Of a stretch of 64,000 nucleotides of DNA, positions 12,998 to 25,105 are shown in pieces (positions within the stretch are counted from its first letter, which is position 1; every line of letters begins with the position of its first letter). Source of the DNA: Curvularia clavata (lineage: Eukaryota); assembly GCA_023920165.1 (NCBI GenBank), contig CP089275.1, forward strand, positions 496,001 through 560,000, given 5' to 3'. A program made the position numbers and the translations under genes. Under the pieces are notes generated by a model, which was given only the letters and a program-made list of their open reading frames with translations, was not told where the DNA came from and did no database searches.

Positions 12998-15089
12998 AAT
13001 ACTGCTTTAAGAAGATAAGCGCCACCGATGCGCTAAGCAACTTCACATGTAAGAAGATACATAACTGTTATGACTAGAAGGCCAACATACCACTGAATAG
13101 AATCCCAATTCAAAGTTGAAATAACCCAGAACAGAAACATGGACGGATATCCCGGCGGATGGCTGAGTGACATAGTGGTCAGCTTTTGGACTTGGCATGT
13201 GCCAAATTGCTGGAGAGCACCTGGCAGCTTTTTGCGTTTTGGTGGACTGCTTCTCATGTTGCGTTGATACTCGTGGGTTGAACATAGGGAAGCTATGTGG
13301 GAAACGGATATCTAAGGTCGAATAGGAATGCTGTCTCAGCGAAGTAAGTTTGTTTTGTCAAGCTGAATACACGTCGAGTCTTTGTGCCCTAATATGAATA
13401 TTCGGGAGACATCTACAATATCCTGAAGGAGATTAGTAGTTCAGAGCTTTGGCGTCTCCTATTTCCAAAACCGCCGAACTTTCCTCATGGAGGGGTTGCA
13501 GGCGGTTCGACCATCTACGTTACTAAACTATTAGGATCCTGGCTAGTTGACCTTAATTGAGGTGGCTACTTGGCACAATACATAATTGGACTCAAGAAAC
13601 CAAATAGTGACCTGCAATCAAATAGTTCAGTAGTAATTCTCAGTGATGAACTCAGTCAAGATGGTGAATTGAGTCAAAAGATCACTATCTTCACTAGAAA
13701 GAAATCCTAATCTGTACAAAAGGTCTAGTCACGTGCTACTTTATTACGTTACATATACTGCTCAACGCAGCGCACCATTAGATCATGGGTAATTCATGTT
13801 TTGTTTTAGTTGTTTAGGTTAGTAGTGTGAAAATGAACTCCGAGATGTGTATATGTTCCTACAATAAAACAACAGAGACAGTATACACCACTGCATGATG
13901 TGGCATTCAAGACGTTCCTCATTTCCAAGGCCAAGCTGACATTGCAACCATATTGCCATCTCTATCGCCGTAACTGTATCCAGCTTGAAAGCGCAAATGC
14001 CTAATTTACAGCCGAAATAGCAATCATGACCTCACGGATGGCTGTTCAATCTTCAAACTTTTAGAATCCTCTTGTACGCCTATTTGATAGCCGCTGGCGG
14101 TGATCTCGGCGCTATTTCAATTCCTTGCCTAGCCTTTTTGAAACATCTATACTTGAAATGGCCTAATACAAGGTCTACCTAGAGGTACGTGCACGGCTCG
14201 GTCACCGCTGGTAGGCCCTCGTTCAACAATGTTGTCTCAGGGTATGCTATTTCTACTGCGCTTCTTCGACAAGGCAGACACCGGTTGCAATGTTTCATTG
14301 TAATGTTCCATTGCGGGGTTTCTTTGCGATCCGAATTCTGTCATGACCCGGGAGGCCGCCTGAAATTTACACTCGTAGCTGGAAGGTGGTCTTGTTAGTG
14401 GCCATAAGCGACAACGGTATTTTTTCCAATTGGTGGCGATGAGATCTCGTCGACAGCGGGAGGATGGAAGCACTCTAAGAGGATCAGTCCAGACCGTGAC
14501 ATCTCCAACTTGCAGGACGCTAAAGTGAATTATGTCTCTACCGGCTGGCTGGGTCGACTTCGGTTAAGTTTTTCACAACTTTGTACCTGCTTGGTGTTTT
14601 AGCGACGGAATACATCGTTCCGCATTACACTTTTCTTGTTAGTAGGAAGGATGGGGTTATTCTTCGAAAGTCATAGAATTTACTGCTACGGCTACAGTTT
14701 TAGTCGGACTCATGTTGGCATAGTTGTGCAGGCTTAGCATTCAGGCTGAATAGTGTGTGTCGTGTGTTGTGTTTTTCAGGCGCCCTATTTTGGACCCTGA
14801 GGCCCCCCAAAGTCACGATACTTAGCCAATACCCAGTATATGGGGATTAAGGCGACCGACACACGTACAGTAAGCGTATACGATTGAGCAAAAGGCAGCT
14901 ATGCTCAGTAAATTAACAGATGTTGGCAGTGGAAAGTCAAGTTGAAGAGAAAAATATATAACTCTTGAACACACCCCTCTGCTTCTCTTCATCACACTCA
15001 CATCAGATTCTCTGATACAGTCTGAGCACATCAAATAAAGAATAATTTTTCAAGACCTCAAACTCAACAATCTCCGAGAAACCGCAACA

Positions 15090-15631
15090 ATGCAACTCAA
15101 CAGCATTCTCTTCTACGCTATCCACGCTGCAGGCGTCCTGTCAGCTCCCCACGCTGGCAACACGGGTGACGCTCCTGACATCGCTAACTCTTCTCTCCCA
15201 CCCCCAACCACCCCATGGATGACCTTCTCTGACAAAGCCGTATGTTGAATCAAGTCTCTCTTTTCATACCTCAACTCAACATCATTTGCAAATACTCCAG
15301 CTCATGCTATGCCTACATTGTCCCATACCTGAAGTGGAAATCACTGAACTATCCTTCTCCCAAGCCGTACTCAAAATAGAGATTTACTGACTCACCCATC
15401 TTGCAGAGCCCCCTCACCGCCCGTGGCTGTGTCTCAACCGCGCCTTACGGATGCGATCTTGGCAAGAAGCGCTGCTGGAAAGTCTGTGGAGATGGCGGCC
15501 AGTGGTGCTGGACTGCTGGCGGTGACGGATCTGGCCCCTGGAATGGATGCAGCGACTGGGGCCAATGCAACCAGCAGCAATCATGCGGCAAGAACTGCCA
15601 CCATCCCGAAGAGTGCGGATGCAGCTGCTAG
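15090..15631 (+). CDS. Small secreted Cys-rich protein, IDI-2-like, 2 exons, 124 aa
   Basis: Exon 1 (15090-15239) is MQLNSILFYAIHAAGVLSAP..., a signal peptide plus pro-region. Intron 15240-15406 (GTATGT...TTGCAG). Exon 2 has 12 Cys with CWKVC..GQWCWTA and terminal CGCSC. Confidence 0.8.
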
Positions 15632-16632
15632 AGTCATGGAGGAAGGGGAAGGATGGTTTAGAGGCATGGTTAATGCTTCGAGACTTGTGATGAAACTTTG
15701 AGAGTCTGTGAGAAAGAGCGCAACTTGTATATACCTATTTGCCAATTATATCTGCAAGTGGTTTAAAGATCGAATATATTGGAGGGCCTCGTGCTGCAAT
15801 GCGTCACTTGGTCGTATGATACGGTACAGAATATTGTATGCTTTATTAGATGTGAGCAATGAATTTAATACAGGAACAGAAACACCGTGCTCAAAGATTA
15901 AAACGATTGGATTGACGATTTAATCTTGATCTCGCTAGCTCCAAACTCTTAAATCAGCTCTGGGTGTCTTCGCTAGCGCTTGAAGATATCTTTCGTCGCA
16001 TCTCATGTCATCACTACTCCTTCAGGTACACCATTGTGAAGAATATTTGGGTGCGAACGCGATCGAATGCCCGTCGCTACACGTCTATTGCGTCAACGGA
16101 TCCCATACTCGAGGGCCAGTGGCAGGACCCAGGGCTTCAAATACGCTGCCGTTTAGGATCTGTATCTGAGCTCATCGTTGATGAAGAGGCAAACAAATCC
16201 CTTGACACGTGCAGTGCAACGGAAGTGACGTACGGCAGTTCCAATTCGACTCCAATTTCTGAATTGAAAAAATAAATTCTTCAATATGCCTCCGTATGTA
16301 CGCTTAATTGTTTAAATTCAATCAAACGCAAGGATGCCGTGTTTGCTGTTCACTTTCACGTCTGCCAAGACCACTCATATCTCTGTCGTCACGATAACTT
16401 AGCCACGTGAGCAGTCACTTTTTCCTTTCACCTTTCACCCGTTTGCTTTATGTAGTGCAAAAAATGAGCGAGTACACATTTCATGACTGGTGCGCAGCTA
16501 TACCCAGCTCTTCCCACCTTAGCCTCTTTTCTACAGCATACACATAACACCCACCCCATGCGCCGAGCTATCCTAAAACACCTATCCAAGGCCAGCGATC
16601 GGATCTACCAAGTCGTTCGTCAAATTAGCGCC

Positions 16633-17468
16633 ATGCCGTCTACAAGTACTCCGCGCGGAGGCAAAGCACAGCCGTGCCCAGTAACGCCGCCCACATGGAA
16701 GTCGGTCCACGAAACAGTCACATACCCACGCATCGAGGTGACTGCGGCCAATAACCCTTGCCTTGACAAATCTCTATCTTTTGAGCATGTCCTAGCATGT
16801 GGTCATCTCATCCTCACTGCCGAACCCAACGAGCCATGCGCTCCAAACTGTCACCACGCTAGCGTAACAAGCGCGCAGTGCCTAGGCACGAAGAAACGCG
16901 AAATCGAGACTACCACGGCTGCGCGCCAGCCATTCTATTGCGACGCATGCATCGAGACCAGTCTCGAAGCCTTGATTCCAGCAGGCGCAACAGCCAAGCA
17001 GGCAGGTATGTCTGTCCCGATTTGATTCTCCGTGTCAAACAAAGCACATTGTATTTGCCTTAGCGCTCTTTCAGACTGATCATGATTGCTAACGTGCGTA
17101 ATAAAACAGAGGAGTTCCGTACCGATATGCGCACCAAAGAAGCTAAGACGCTGGGCAAAGACCTGCACTATCGCAAGTGCTACATTGGAATCAAGCTTAC
17201 CACGGTGCCTTGCCAGACGAATGGAACCCCGAACAGCAAATACACGCCCAGGAAAGATCACCATGCTTTCGATATTTCAATCCCGCAGGTGGGCGACAAC
17301 TTCTTTGAAGACATGTTCGAAAACGAAGATGATGCTAGTTCTGAGGACGTAAAGTTGACTGGGGCTTGTAAGCGGAAGCGAGCTACAGAGACTGCGACGC
17401 TGCAGCGGAAGAGAAGAAAGATTGTTGTAGATGATGATGATTATGACGATGATATTGGGGAGTGTTGA
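16633..17468 (+). CDS. Hypothetical protein with Cys/His finger and basic NLS-like/acidic tail, 2 exons
   Basis: Exons 16633-17005 and 17110-17468 join in frame (GTATGT donor, CTAAC branch, AACAG acceptor). HVLACGH..PCAPNC..FYCDAC motif, KRKR/RKRRK and a DDDD tail. Confidence 0.65.
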
Positions 17469-17858
17469 GACGGCGAAGACGATGGACGTAAGAGAGGAAG
17501 ACGACGGGCCAGTAAGCTGTCACTGGGAATACGATGTGGATCAGCAGAGAGAGGACACGGACACCCAGGGTGTCAGCACTCTTCTTTGAACCCACAAACA
17601 GGTAAATAAGGACGTCGTTCAAATTGGCAAGTTTGGGAGTGGGCGTAGGTCACACATGCATAGAGTATGGGATCGTCGGTGCAAGATGACGCAAGGTTAC
17701 ATCCCATACACCACACGTACTATTGGACCAGACTCTGTGTCTTGTTACATTCATGAATTCATTTCGTTAAAACCGCGCACTGCAATGCAGCGGATCTGGT
17801 AGATATGCAAATACTAAATACTAAAATGACGATGCTACTCTTAAGAGTATGCGCATAT

Positions 17859-19631
17859 TTACACTTTCTGCTCAGCCCTGTGGTTCTGAGACTCAATGTG
17901 CTCGGCATTTTCCATCTCATACGTGGTAGCCTTCTCCCCGGCGTTATCCAGGATCTCAGACATGGCGCCACTTCCCTTTGTAAGTTCCGCACCCTTGCGG
18001 CCAATAAGGTGCCAAGGCAGATTGAACAGCTCGTCGAGCGCCTCGAGCGACTTGCCAGAGGTCTCGGGGAGGAAGAACCAGACCCATACGAGACCCAGAG
18101 CAGTGACGCATGAGAAGAAAAGCATAGTACCGCCGTGGGTCATGGCGATGAACATGAGCGGCACAGCCTTTGAGTTTCCGTACTGGTTGACAAAGTGGAA
18201 TGTCATGGCGATGGAGCCACCAAGCGCACGTAGACGCAGAGGGTAGATCTCGGAGTTGATCAGGTACTGGACGGAGTTCCAGCCCAGAGCCCATCCAAAG
18301 CCGGAGAAGTAGACCATAACGATGGCGCCCATGGCGGCGTGCTTCTGGCTTGCAGTCTGAACAGCTCCCTTCTTTCCAACGCCGGTGTCAATGAGAAGGA
18401 AGATGGCCATGTAGAGCATAGATACGAGCTGCAGCGTGATACCGGTACCGAGGGCACGCTTGCGGCCGATGAAATCGATCAAGAAGAAGGCGCAGATCAT
18501 GGAGCTGACAAACTTAACGACACCGAAGATGGCGGTTGCGAAGAGCTTCTCGTTTTGGCCGGTCGTGCCCATCATGGCGAAGTATTGGGGTGCGTAGATG
18601 GTGATGCCTTGAAGAAAGTTAGAAAACGTCACAATGAGCTTGTACATGGTGAATACATACTGTTTGCGCCAGACCATTGTGCGAGCAGTTGCGACATGAT
18701 GGAAAGCTGAATGCGGTAGAGGTTGGCCTTGCTGCTGAATAGCTCACGGATCGGTCCAAGCCAGGTAGTGCCCATGGTAGCTTCACGCTCACGATTGAGC
18801 TGGTCGTTGATATCCATAATCTCGGAGGTGACGTAGGGGTGGTCGCCGGGAAGCTTGCGAAGAAGAGACAGGTTCTCCAGAGCCTCCTCATGGCGACCGA
18901 CCTTGATGAGCCAACGAGGACTCTCACGGCAGAACATGGAGAGAATGAAGATGATGCCAGCAAACATGAGGTGCATGCTGTTGGGGACGAGCCACTGGGT
19001 GTCTGTCTTGGAGGAGATGTGGATAGACGAGCCCCAGGAAGCAAAGTAGGCAAGCATAATACCAAGGTATACAGCACCAGCGAATGCGCCTACACAGAGA
19101 CCACGAATAGCCCTTGGCGCTGTTTCAGCCAGGTATGTAGGAGCGACGACGGTAGTCTGGCCGATACCAATACCGGCGATGAACCTTCCAGCGTAAACCT
19201 GGCCGATAGATCCAGTCAGGGAGCTGGTGAGGAAAATGGTGATACCAATGACCCAGACGAGGCAGAGTTGGCGTGTAGCCCAGATACGGCCGATCTTGTC
19301 AGTGATGAAGAAGGCAATCAAAGATCCCAAGATAGATCCCATCTGCACCATTGAGGTGATGTTGGACAGCAGCTCTGCCTCCTCATGCTTGCTCTTTGTA
19401 GGGTCGTCGAGACCAAACTTTCGGCGGAAGGGTTCGAGTTCGGCTGTCGTACCGATCAAGCCCTCATCAATACCACGGGCAGCACCCATGAGTCCGAAAA
19501 CTGTGGTTCTGTCAGCTCTGACACGACTATGGAAACAAGACAGAATTCTTACCAAATACTCCATACCAGAGACGCCAGTTAAGGCTCTCCTTGGGGGTAT
19601 CCTTGAGGTTTTCGCGCCAGATGTTGAACAT
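17859..19631 (-). CDS. MFS sugar-porter family transporter (quinate-permease-like), 3 exons
   Basis: Introns 19501-19552 and 18608-18660. DKIGR, GRFIAGIGIG, YLAETAPRAIRG, ESPRWL, DFIGRKR, SEIYPLRLR and PETSGKSLE sugar-porter motifs. Confidence 0.92.
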
Positions 19632-22308
19632 GCTGGGCAAAGTTTTGCAATTGCTCGTGTGAAAACGGTGATTGGTAACTCCGGAGCTGCGAAACCTGGG
19701 TCTGTCCAGCAGTGAGGAGAGGCAGTACAGATTCGAACCCCAGACAGACAGGCTCGACTCTTATATGCAAAAGCGATGGTGGGGTTACGACATGCGGAGA
19801 TGCAATATCAGGCTGTCATACCACGCTATCCTTGATAGACCCCAGAGAACGCTCGTACTCGCCCCCGTAAAACTCCGCATTGGAACATCGCCAGGGGTTT
19901 TCTCGCCCGACGGGAGGGTTACCGGATGACCTTCTGACCTTTCTCTTTCCTCAGCGTTCGATAGGCCAACCCACGTTGTCGACGTTTGCGGGCGTTGCAA
20001 CTTGGCTTCATCTGGTAATCAGGCCGCTAATCAACTGAGCAATAGCGCCCAAGCGACCAGGTCGTGACCTATCGCGTTGCCCGTTGTGCAGTAGGTTACA
20101 TGCCCAGAAGCACAGAAAAGGTTGATCGATGCTTGAGTGGAGAAAGCTTCCTTGTTGGTGCGTCTTGTGGAGCTTCGCGCCGGGCCAAGCACCGAGTCCG
20201 CTATTGGCATCAGCATGGTACGTGCTGCATCCTCGTGTTCTGGGAACCCCGCATCAACCCCAAACCATCCCGCCTCCCGCATTTTCGTCAGTCTCCCAAG
20301 ACACTGGCTACAGTGTTTAGTGGCGGCCGGTAGCTATCGTGCTGTCCTATCATGTCGATGGAAAATACGAAATGGGACGAGCTGAACGGGTGATGTAGGA
20401 AACGACTTCGGCCCATGCCTCGTGACGAGTCCAAGCCGCCGGTAAAAATACCACCGAGGAACAGGTATCGGGGCAAAACTTCGGCGTTTGAAAATTAAGC
20501 TCGCGGACAAGCCCCCGATGGCGGCGGTGTGGTGTGAAGCGATGCGGCTCCAGATCCTTCGGGGCGCTAATTGCTTAGCTCCTTGAGATTCATATGCCGA
20601 CCTACGAATGCTTTCCTGGTTAGAGGGCTGTGGATTAGTTTCGAGCGCGGAGTAGATGTGCCTTGGAGGTGCTGATGTGGTAGCTTGCGAACGTGAAGCA
20701 ATCGGCATGGAAGACACATGTTGTTTCCCCAGGTTTCCCGACCGGATGACACCGACAAGGTACCATAGTCCCTCGTGGAGGCGGGCGGCATCTGTCAACT
20801 CCCGGGGATTTGTGCAGGGTGGCAAGTGACTGGGAATGTCCGCTATCCGACAAGAATCTTCCATCGCAACGGCAACTCATGACTCGCTAGTAGAAAGCTT
20901 GGCAATACCAAGCGTTCTGGCTGGACCATTGGGTGCGTGCAATTATCATGCTGGTAGAGCCTCCAAAGCCGACCCGCTGTTGGTGCTTCTCCGCAAAGCT
21001 CCGCACTCCATCTCCATGCAGGGCAGTGGGCGGCCTGAGTTAAAGAAGAAGTATGCCCGAATTCTTCTGCTTGGCTGATTGAGACTCCACTGGCGCAATT
21101 GGTGTGACCGCAAGCGCTTTTGCCTTCCTTCCTACACAGGAAGGAAATGGTACGATCAAAGCTTGATGAAAAAATTCAAGCCTATCATGCGACCACCAAG
21201 AGTTTGGGACATTTTCCAAAAATATTCAACGCTGTGCTTTCCGTAGCCTGGCTAGATCATTGCTACGTCAATGTCCTACGTCAAAGTCGCTTCGGTTTGA
21301 TTAATGCTGATGATGATGTCCGGTCGCCCTATGTCGGAGCTTCAGCTCTCGCGGCCGCGGCTGGAAGTCTAAACACCCCGAACACGACGGCTGAAGGCGG
21401 AGGTCGTGAGCGATTGGTCCTCCTCTTGCTGATGTGACAATACGACTCCGATTTCTTCCAGCAACACCACAATGTCTGCATGGACGAGGTGACGGATGGT
21501 GCATTATCACGCCATATCCCAGGGGATGGATACCAGATACGTTTCTTGTTGAGAGCCCGGTGCTTGGGTTGAACGTTGCTGACAAACAGGCCTTATCTTG
21601 GTGGTCGGTAGTGGTGGGTATGCTCCATGACTAGGTGGGTAGTGTCCAAGACGCCAATGCTGGGGATGCCCCATTTATACGTCTTGGACACGGCTTAACT
21701 CCAGTCCATGTGAGTCAATGAATTTTTCCGGGGTTACGAGAGGGAATGCAGTTGCATAGAACGCCTGACGGGTCTCTTCATGGCATTGGAGCTTGCTGAC
21801 CGAGGTATCTTGGGTAAACGGTAAAACCGGCAGAGACGGAGAGCACATCGATGTGTGCTGTTGTCTGTATAGGCTAGTTGCTGCCGTAATCATCAAAGGG
21901 TCAGTAAGCAGAGGTCGTACAACATGTCGCTTCGCTGCTTACTGGGTCAGTTACGAGGTTAGTTTGGAGCGCACGTGACGCAATGGCAGGCACCTGGGAC
22001 GTACTTGAGAAGCAACAATGTGACGCACAACACCATAATTGGTAGCGTATATTAAGCTTTTCAATTTAATTGATTGCTGTTACTGTCTTTGGCTATATAC
22101 TCTGCAGGATGGAGAAAAAGTCCGCCCCCGGATACTTTTCCGAGCGCACTGATTCCCATCCACAACACGACTGAACGATTTGCACAAAAGCCCCATGCGC
22201 CCCGTAACTGGGAGGAGTCAGGTATTGCAAATTTTTCTATCCCCAGAAATGTAGACCCTCCCAGTTGCTTTTCCGAGCCGCAGTTGACTACGCAGTAGCC
22301 CGACTGTA

Positions 22309-23595
22309 TCATTCGGCCACAGATTCAGTATCAGAATCCAGATCAGCTCCAAAGCTGACATGCTTTGTGGCACGCCTCCTCTCCTCTTCAAGCCACTGAG
22401 CTCGCTGCGCTTTCTCCCTGCTTGCCTGTTGCATGAACTCGTGATACTCTTCCTCGCCTATTTGGATCTGCCCATCACCGCTCTCTTCCCTGCTATTCGC
22501 GGCGACCTCCCGATAGCACGGCAGTCCATGCTTTGCATGCTCATGATAACGTTTACACCAGGCTCCCTCAGTGCTCTCCTCGATCTTCAGCGTCAGATTG
22601 CGCCTCACTACGCGCAGACTAGTCTGCAGGACATTGAACAGCAGGTCCTGATGCAGATACAAGCCTCGCTTCTGCGCCGCCTCGAAGCCCTTCTCGGTAT
22701 GGTCACCAGCAAGCGACAGTGCATCCGCCCATAGCATACGCGCGCCACTGTCCGATTTTGTGTGCTCGTATAATGTGTTGAGTAGGTCGATGTGCATGTC
22801 CGTCACGTCAAGAGCTAGATCGGGGTCACTGACGTCGAGGCCGTAATATCGTGGCTCTTGGTCAAACTCGGACGGCACGAAGCGGCCCTCTGTACGCCAC
22901 ACTTCGTATGCCTTGCGCTTTCGCTCCTCTAATGCTTTGTTTCGGCGCCAGATCAGGTGTTCGGGGGCCGTCTGGCTCCTCTTACGACGGGCATGGAATG
23001 CGCGGATCCATGTATCAACAATCATATCAGATAGGTTCCACAGCTCGCGCTGGTAGCATGTGATATAGAGGTGAGTCAGTATCTGAGCGCTGTAGGGTTG
23101 GGTTTTGTCCGGCTTGTTGACATGACCAAGACTGGGGAGGTCGAGCTGAATCTTGTCGGTGCTCTGGAGCCTGTCTAATATGGCGTAGACGTCTGGGATG
23201 GGCTTGAAGCTGCCATTTTCACAGACAGGGGACTGGGCTGGGAGTGTGGCTGATGATGCCCATTCTCGGCCTTCATCGATGTCCATTACATCGCCATGTT
23301 TGTTTCCATCTACAGCGTCTGCTTGTTGCTGCTTATGGATCGTTCGTTCATTGCGGGTTGTGGCAGGCGGCGGAGACGTGCTACATGGTGGAGGGCAGTC
23401 AACAGCAAGGCCCAGACCCGCCTCTGCTATAGCGCTGCTGAAGAATCTAAGCTTGAGCTTCAACTTTGGCAGGGGTCCATTTTGATCGGCTTGAGGCGCT
23501 GGTGTCTCTGACAGCAAAGTCCTGCTTCTGGAGACGCTTCGTTTGTTCCGGTTCTTCGATGAGCCCCGAGGAGTGGCGCTCCTTTGCTTCGCCAT
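22309..23595 (-). CDS. Hypothetical protein with disordered N-terminus and helical C-terminal domain ending in C-x2-YHEH-x6-C
   Basis: 428-aa ORF. LTHLYITC, NTLYEHT..SGARMLWAD and WCKRYHEHAKHGLPCY resemble the helical region that follows BTB domains in fungal BTB/POZ proteins. Confidence 0.65.
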   Translation of the reverse strand: MAKQRSATPRGSSKNRNKRSVSRSRTLLSETPAPQADQNGPLPKLKLKLRFFSSAIAEAGLGLAVDCPPPCSTSPPPATTRNERTIHKQQQADAVDGNKHGDVMDIDEGREWASSATLPAQSPVCENGSFKPIPDVYAILDRLQSTDKIQLDLPSLGHVNKPDKTQPYSAQILTHLYITCYQRELWNLSDMIVDTWIRAFHARRKRSQTAPEHLIWRRNKALEERKRKAYEVWRTEGRFVPSEFDQEPRYYGLDVSDPDLALDVTDMHIDLLNTLYEHTKSDSGARMLWADALSLAGDHTEKGFEAAQKRGLYLHQDLLFNVLQTSLRVVRRNLTLKIEESTEGAWCKRYHEHAKHGLPCYREVAANSREESGDGQIQIGEEEYHEFMQQASREKAQRAQWLEEERRRATKHVSFGADLDSDTESVAE

Positions 23596-23986
23596 TGGGG
23601 CGGACGTGTTTAGCTTGCGGTGATGGACTTGAGCAGAGCTGGTGATTTGGTTGTTGTGGCGGTTGAGTTGCGTTTGTTGGCAAAATGGTTACTCAGCTCT
23701 GGTGGAAGATTGAAGTTATAGGTGAAAGGTGAGACATGTCAGTGCTAGAGTGAATGTGACTCGGCACTCACAACGACCTTTGCTGAATCATCGCTAAGAC
23801 ACAGAACTCAATCTTTAGATATTTCAGTGTGCGCTATTTAACATGGCGGCAATCCATACATGCAGTCGCGTCTCAATGCGGCGAGCGAACCAAGTGCGCA
23901 CATATCGCCTTGACGCAACAAACCCCAAGACAAACGGCGCCACCTGACCTCATACCCTACCAAGATGAAAACCAAACCCTCCATAC

Positions 23987-24780
23987 TCACTCCTGATCCA
24001 ACATTTCATAACTCTCATAAACCATCTCAGCCCTCCATACACACTCGCCGCAAAACAGAACACTGTTCCTCTTCTCTCCTCCGTAGCGCAGAATACAACA
24101 CTCCTTACAATCAAATCCACAAGATCGCTCAATTCGGGACCAAACACAGTGTCCGCAGCTCAACTCATGCGGTAAACATCCTGAACTCTCAAACACGGGA
24201 CACAGCAGTGGTTCTACCGCCTGCAGGGGAAGCGTCGTCGCATTCGCGATGAGGGCGCGGGTGAGGGACAGAGAGCGGCAGGGAAATGATATGTAGTTTT
24301 GATAGCCATTTTGTGCAGTTCGCAGCGAAAACATTTTGCGGCGTCTATCCCAGGGAATGCCAGAGCAGATCTCACAATAGAGTGCATCGTAATGTGTAGT
24401 GTTGTTAAAGATAGGGCAGATGGGAGTGGCTGGTTCGCGTCTATCAGAATGCTGTGTTAGTCACCAAGAAGAAGTGTATGCAATAACGATACATACAGCA
24501 AATGAGGTTCTCGTGAAGGGCCTGGAGTTTGTCCTGTAGGTTGCTGGAATGTACCATGGCAGGTTCGGCTGCAGGGATGGTCGGAGTTGTCAACGAAGAT
24601 GACATGGGCGCAGTCAAGGAGGTGAAACTGACTGGTTTGGGCGCAGCCTTTGGTGTGGATAGTAAAGCAAGGGTTCATTGCGATCAGGTCATATGTGTTG
24701 TGTCGATTATTCAAGCTGATACCAGCCGGCTCACTCTGTCCAATATCGTGACTGGGGGCTAGGAGTGCGGTGTAGTCCAT
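23987..24780 (-). CDS. Hypothetical protein with two tandem Cys/His finger units, 2 exons, 245 aa
   Basis: Exons 24780-24497 and 24440-23987 join in frame over a 56-nt intron (GTATGT, CTAAC, TAG). HLLDCAH..PCSRTC..LYCEIC and HELSCGH..SCGFDC..LFCGEC. Confidence 0.65.
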
Positions 24781-25105
24781 GGTTAGGTGGGCTCAATAGG
24801 CGGTTGAGGGGACGATTTAGTCGGTAGGGTCTCTTTGAAAGATCCCAAACGTCCGCTGTAGCGAGTGCAAGGACTACGTGCTACAAACGGCGTACAAACG
24901 GAAGTGAGCGCGACAGTGAGCAAGAGCGACATCTCCTTTCACGCATGTTTGAAACCAAAATTCATTATGTTCTCGAGAAAGGTTCGTGCCTTCTCATGGG
25001 TATCCTGCATTACAACTTGTGGGCGTCTACACATAATATAACATACGCATTGGGATGAAATAGAAGATCAATCACTACTCGGCAGCCCCAACGCATTCCG
25101 GATTC

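Noticed and set aside
19700..22300. Many short ORFs upstream of the MFS transporter, including an F-box-family-like fragment at 21675-21896
   Set aside because: No coherent spliced model. Probably promoter or intergenic DNA with at most gene debris. No clear QA-1F/QutA site was found.
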